The notes under the pieces are model-generated. The model ran no database searches. It was given only the letters and a program-made list of their open reading frames with translations, and was not told the DNA's origin. The translations under genes and the position numbers were made by a program. 64,000 nucleotides of DNA, from positions 5,766,001 through 5,830,000 of the forward strand of contig JBHGNT010000012.1 in NCBI GenBank assembly GCA_043228905.1, written 5' to 3'. Origin of the DNA: Azolla caroliniana. Its lineage: Eukaryota > Plantae > Polypodiophyta. This document shows, piece after piece, positions 57,881-64,000 of this stretch. Each line of letters starts with the position of its first letter. The first letter of the stretch is position 1.

Positions 57881-60800
57881 TGTGACTAACGAGAAATATA
57901 AGGAATGTAAACGTAAGTGTTTGCAGAAGCGTAAAACAGAGAACAACAGAGAGAGAGAGAGAGAGAGCCCGAGAGAGTAGAACACAATTTCAAAATTATA
58001 TTGAGACTCTATATACACACTGTGCTAAGTAGCACTATTTATACAAGTCCTCTTGGGACTGACAGAAGTACCATGTACTTCAATGCTCACACGAGCATCT
58101 GACACTTACTACGAGACTATAGCTACCTAGTAGTCTATCCTATACTAGGCTTCCGATTGGACTTCCGGTTACGGATTGCACCCGGCCTCCACTGCTTGCC
58201 GGTTCGGTTGCTCACCGTCATACCGATCCGTTTCGCCTGATCTGTCTCGCTTACCGGCTCCGGCTTATTCAGCCGATCCGGCTCCGGTTGAGCTTGCCGC
58301 TCAACACTCCCCCTCAAGCTCAACCTGAGGTGGGGTCGTAGTGTCGACCTCTGTGGCAGTCGGTTCTTCCAACCGACTTCTCCTGGCGTCACTCCGCCTT
58401 GCTCGCGCTCCTCGTCCGGTCCGGTCCCGTTTGCCGCGACCCCTTTGGTTCTGCGCGCCTCGACCCTCTCGGTCGGCATGTCTGCTCAATAGGCCCATCT
58501 CAGCACTCACGTTGCTGTGACTCCGGCGCTTGCCGATCCGTCGGTTCTCCCACGATGGCATTGACTTCCGCTGTGTCCGTGTCCCCTTGGCCTTCAGTCG
58601 ATCCAACTCATCCGGATCCATCTGTTGATCCGAGTCAGCTATCTCCGACTCGTTCCAGCTCTTGTCCAAACCGGTACACTCCGATTCGACTTCCGGCTTC
58701 AGGCCTCTCACCACATCGGACCACTTCCGAATCTTGGCCTTCTCCATGCTTCCCTCGGCTTCTTCAGCCGGTGAACCGAAATCGAATTCTTCATTCGACT
58801 CTGTATCATGGTCAGTACCGTCGTGATGACCTCCGCACAGCATGCACTTCTCTTCCTGAGTGCACAACTCTTCTTCACAGCCGCTTGCTCTGACCTGTTC
58901 AGATGTGTCGACTTCCTTCGTTGAATCGGCTTCCTTCATCTTCTTGTCTCCTCTTCTTCCGGCTCTCCTCTTACCGACGGGTTCAACCGTTTTTTGGCCT
59001 TTGCCCGTTTCGATAAAGACTTTGCCCTTGCTTCTCCCCCTCAAGTGCGGCACGTCGAGATGCTGAATACCAAAGATGTCGGTAAAGTGCTGCAACTTGT
59101 CCGATCCGAGCGGCTTGGTGAAGATGTCGACAACTTGCCAATCCGTATGAAGATATCGTAGGTAAACTTCACCGCTCAGGACCCGCTCACGCACGAAGTG
59201 GTAGTGCACCTCGATGTGCTTTGTGCGAGCATGGAACACAGGGTTCCTGGCGAGCTGCAGGCTGCTCATGTTATCGCAGTAAATCGGGATTGGGGTCGGT
59301 ACCTCGATCCGCAAGTCTCGCAGCAGTCGCCGAAGCCAGATGGCTTCACAAGTGGCAACGGTAGCGGCCCGGTACTCAGCCTCAGTGCTTGACAAAGCCA
59401 CTGTGGGCTGCTTCTTGCTGCTCCACGCAACGGTCGTGCTACCTATGGAGAACATGTATCCGGAAGTGGAGCGGTGATCAGATGCATCGCCAGCCCAGTC
59501 AGCATCTGTGTAACCGACAAGCTCTTCGGGTATACCTCGCCGGTATAGTAGTCCCCGGTCCTTAGTGCCGCTGACATACCGTAATATTCGTTGTGCGCAC
59601 TGAAGGTGCTCCACGGTCAGCTTCTGCATGAACTGGCTTACCATGCCGACCGGATAGCTGATGTCGGATCGGGTGATGGTTAAGTAGATTAGGCTTCCGA
59701 CAACCTGTCGGAACCGTTTCTCATTGCAGGCCGGTCTGGAGTTGGGACGGAGCTTTTGGTTCCGGTCCAGGGGTGTGGAGACAGGTCGGCAATCCGTCAT
59801 GCCGAACTTATACAGCATATTCAACACGTAATGTCGTTGTGAGAGCAATATGCCGTCGGGGGTCCGGATCACTTCGATCCCAAGAAAATAATGAAGGTCC
59901 CCCAGGTCCTTCATTTCGAATGCGTCCGACAACTGGGACTTGACGCGGTTGATTTCGGGAAGACCAGGTCTGGTGATGACTAAATCATCCACATACAAGA
60001 GTATACATACCGGACCGTCAGAGCCTTGCCGGATGAACAACGAAGAGTCTGACTTAGAGACAGCAAACCCCAGCTTACGCAACCGGTGCGTGATCTTCGT
60101 GTTCCAGGCTCGGGGGGCTTGCTTCAAGCCGTAAAGCGACTTCTTCAGCGGCATACCGCCGATTTGTTCATCTCCGATTGAAATCCGGGGGGCTGAGTCA
60201 TAAAGACTTCTTCTTCAAGCTCTCCTTGAAGGAAGGCGTTCTTCACATCCATCTGGTGAAGATGCCACCCCCTTGCCGCAGCAACCGCCAGTACCACACG
60301 AACCATCGTCATCTTCGCCACAAGAGCGAAGGTCTCGTCGTAGTCGATTCCGTGGGTCTGCGCGTATCCCTTCGCCACTAACCGGGCTTTGTACCGGTTA
60401 ACAGAACCGTCGGCGTTGTACTTGACCTTGTACACCCACTTGCATCCGATCGGTTTACAGTGACGGGGAGGATCAACTAAGTCCCAAGTTTCGTTGGCAT
60501 CGAGTGCCCGCATTTCTTCGTCCATAGTGGCACGCCAATTTGCGTCCTTTGCTGCTTCTGTCACCTTAGTCATGTACGCATAATGATGCGCCATGTATTC
60601 ATTGTACCCGTACCGCATGACGGGATCCTTCTGACAGGTTGATTGGCGCAACACACCGTCACCTGATTTGAGGCCCTTCTTGGCTAGTTCGGTCTTCATT
60701 GCCGAAGATCCGCCTTTCTCCTTTCCGGAGTCGGATACGCACCGATCCGACTCATCATTGCTGGTTTCGAATTCCGGCATCTTCCTCTTCCCCTTCTCTT

Positions 60801-61396
60801 TGCGCGTGAACCGTTTCCTCGGTGCCTTGCGCGGGGAGAGCACGGCAGAGTCTCCACCACTTGCCGTCTCTTCATCCGACTGGTCCAACCGACTTAGTCG
60901 CTCGTTCGGTCCACTCAACCGTAACGATTCCGGACTCTCATCTTGAGTCCCGACATCATCATCCTCTGCCAGGGCTGATTCAGGCTCACTGGCCTGATCT
61001 TCCGACATTGGGTCGGGATCGGAAGTCGGAGTCGGTACGGAGTACCAGGATGCCGATTCATCGAACTCGACATCCCGGCTAACCTGGACTTCCTTCGTCC
61101 GGGGGTTATAGCACTTATACCCCTTTTGCTCTTCAACATAGCCGACTAGGATGCATTTTTCCGATTTTGCATCCAGCTTTCTCCGCTTCTGATCCGGCAC
61201 ATGCACATACGCTATGCTGCCGAATATCCGAAGGTGTCTAAAGTTCGGCTTGCGCCCGAAATACAGCTCATGAGCTGACACCTTGTCACCAATGTGGTTT
61301 TGTATGTAGACGGCCGTCTGGACCGCCTCCGCCCAGTAGAACCGGGGCATGCTCTTTTCCTCCAGCATTGCCCTTGCCGCTTCGACGAGTGTCCGG
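57881..61396 (-). mobile_element. Young Copia element 4 (integrase C-terminus, RT, RNase H, long C-terminal extension), 3' LTR 57881-58306
   Basis: [59 protein letters not shown]; one frameshift at ~60150; PPT TTGAGGGGGAG. Confidence 0.95.
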
Positions 61397-64000
61397 TGTC
61401 GTGCCTTTCGGCTCCGGATCGTTGCGTGAGTCGGGTGGGAACCACAGAGGTCTTGGACTAGGAGAAAGAAGTTCGTGAGATAGAGATTAATTATGAGTAA
61501 ATAGCAAAGAGAAAGACAAGAAACTCGTGAATCACACGAGTATACTATATTAATTGGTACTTAGGGTGTTAAGAGAGAAGTAGATGTATAAATCGTGAAT
61601 CCCACGAATAATTTTTGTATTGATTAATACTTAATCCAAATAATCAACAACCCTTTACATATTTTTCTCCTCCTTATATAAGGAAAGAAGAGCTAAGCAT
61701 GGCTTCATGCTTTTTTTTTTTTTTACAAAAAGTGTTCATGTCCACTAAATGTCCATGTGATGCTTTTTTTATTTCCTAAGTATAGGGCTCATGCACGCTA
61801 GATGTGCATGAGTTATTTTTAGTGTCTCGCGTTTTTCTTTTTCATATATTAAAAAAATACACGATTTACCTTTTAATAAAGGTATGCATAAATAAAGGTC
61901 TTATACGTATTAAATCTATATTTAAAACACTTAAGATAAGTTAATGTAATGGTAAGGTTGGGGTTTGTCAACGTGGAGGTGCAGAGTTCGAATCACGCCC
62001 TGCGCAGTAGTGAGTATTTCCTTTCTTTTTACATTTATGTCTCTTTCTTTTTACATTTGCCGGTATGCCGTTTTCTTCCTTGCCGGTATGCCGTTTTCTT
62101 CCTTGCCGTTTTCTTCCTTGCCGGTATGCCGTTTTCCTCCTTGACGGTATGCCGTTTTCTTCCGGTTCTTACCGAGCACTCCATTCTCTATCCGGAGGGA
62201 CAAAAATATAATTTCCACATAGTGTGCAACCTACACTACGACACTCGCCCCCTCCAAACCCGCACATCCTCCGGTATGTGCCGAAGTTCTTGATTCTTCA
62301 TATCTGTCTTCATCCGAAGCTTCCTCCGATTCTCCCCTTATGTCGACTATGAGTTGTAATCCACTTTCTTCGCTTCCCGCATCATTGTGGTCTTCGTCCG
62401 ATTGCTCCTCGTTGTTGGCCTCGACTTGGATCACATAAGGTTTGTCGTCGGTCCGCTTCTTGAAAATCTTCACCCGTTTCCCGGCTATAGGCACTCGTAG
62501 TATTGTTCCATCCAACTCGGACAGTCGGTACGTCCCGTTGTCGAAGACCTTCCGAACCTCGTACGGCCCGAACCACCTTTTCGCGAATTTCCGCATCGTT
62601 GTATGTTGATGGTCCAAGCTACTATCATAGACGATCACCCAATCTCCTTCTTCAATCCTCCTCGGTCGTAGTCGGTGCTTTGTGTCGAACCGGCTTTTGT
62701 TCCGGAACCGTGCTTCTTGTTGTCGGCGTGACGCTTCCGCTACATCTTTCGGTCTTCCCTCCAGTTGTCGTATCCGGACCGCTAGTAGTTCTTCCCGGCT
62801 CATCTCTTCCTTCCACGGTAGTATTGTCCATGTCGCGATTGCGGTTTCCGTTGGCATTACCGGTGCTTGTCCGGTCATGAGTTCTGCCGGCATGTAACCG
62901 GTCACGGAGCTATGCGTCGTCCGATCCGCCCATAGTGCATACGGAAGCATTTGTGGCCAATCCTTCACCCTTCCGTCGCATGCCTTCGCAAGTGCTTTCA
63001 CGATCGGACTATGTCCTCGTTCGATCTTCCCGTTGGCCTCCGGATTGTAGGCCGTTGTCAACGTTAACCGAACTCCATGTTTGGCGAAGAATCCCCTAGC
63101 TTTGTCCGAGTCGAGTTCTCCCCGGTCCGCAATCACTTGTCCTACGCAGCCGTACCTACAAAACACTTCTTCCAAAAGAAATTGGCACACCGCGGCACAC
63201 GTTTTCCTCCGAAGCGCCCGACCTTCAACTTGGTTTGTGAGATCTTCTCGAGCTAACACCAAGTATTTCTTTTGTCCAATCCCGGTCGGCATAGCTACAA
63301 TGTCGACCATCCACTTGAAGTTGATTGTCGGTGAGAATGTCGGATGCAGCTCATCTCGGTGTCGGACCCCGGAGTAGACTTGACATTTCTCGCAGCTTTC
63401 TGTGAACTCCGCGACATCTTTATACATGTTCTTCCACCAATATCTTTGCTTGATTTTCACAAAAGTTGCCCATGTTCCTCGATGTCCAGCCCAATCGGAT
63501 TCGTGGAACTCGGACATTATCCGGTTTCGTTGCTCTTTCGTCCCGACTACTCGAAGTGGTATCCCATCCGGTCTTTTTGGCGTCCTCCATATTAAACCGT
63601 TTTCCAAGAAGAACTTTTGGACTTGCCTCTTCATCCTTCGGATCTCGGCTCTCCTTTCTTTATCATTGGTTGAATCCTCGACCTCTTGTAGCATCTTCCC
63701 GATCATCAAGGTTTCCCCCTCGTATTCTTCTTCCCGGAATTCTCGGATCACGTTCACTCGGCATATGTGTTCTGACGTGAAGTAGTCTTCGGAAACTTCT
63801 TCATTATCTGATTCGGTTATGTCGTCTTCAAACCGCGCCCTCGATAACATGTCCGCTACCGCGTTGTCCTTCCCCGAGATGTGTCGAACCTCCGGATTAA
63901 GTGACTTGACATATGCAATCCACCTTAGCATAGCCACATCCGGTATCGTACAACACCGCATCATCCCGAGTATCGGAAGACAATCCGTCTCGATCACCAC
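61397..64000 (-). mobile_element. Young non-chromovirus Gypsy inserted into Copia 4; 3' LTR 61397-62243; intact RNase H-integrase ORF 62231->64000 running off the window
   Basis: RHISGKDNAVADMLSR, H..H..C..C zinc motif, VIADRGE, NGKIERGH, GPY; no chromodomain; PPT GGAGGGGGCGAG. Confidence 0.93.
61942..62006 (+). promoter_or_regulatory. tRNA-like A/B-box module in an LTR
   Basis: TAATGTAATGGTAAG...GAGGTGCAGAGTTCGAATC, followed by a T-run at ~62026. Confidence 0.7.

Noticed and set aside
58399-63785. Plus-strand ORFs antisense to pol
   Set aside because: Expected shadow frames of GC-rich coding DNA; no recognisable motifs

Overview
Eukaryotic, TE-dominated land-plant DNA. A seed-free plant such as a fern is my inference from the TE lineages; it is not proven. 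There are two host genes: a 13-exon cytosolic acetyl-CoA acetyltransferase (thiolase II/AACT, CDS 32564-39006, 407 aa after splicing) and an intronless SAUR of the SAUR76-78-like type (43022-43600). The left end holds a decayed P-element-superfamily transposase gene. An ~8 kb (TA/TG) microsatellite field lies upstream of it and contains a nearly intact pogo DD30D transposon. Two nests of Copia and Gypsy LTR retrotransposons (12.2-27.5 kb and 52.5-64 kb) and several LINE relics fill most of the rest. Most notable: (1) six LTR copies from two distinct Gypsy lineages each carry an antisense tRNA-like Pol III A-box/B-box module with 43-44 nt spacing; (2) one Gypsy LTR group shows 4-bp target duplications centred on CpG (NCGN); (3) a P-like transposase in a plant; (4) an 11-nt Tf1-type self-priming signal in a chromovirus. 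All coordinates were read by eye and may be off by a few bases.
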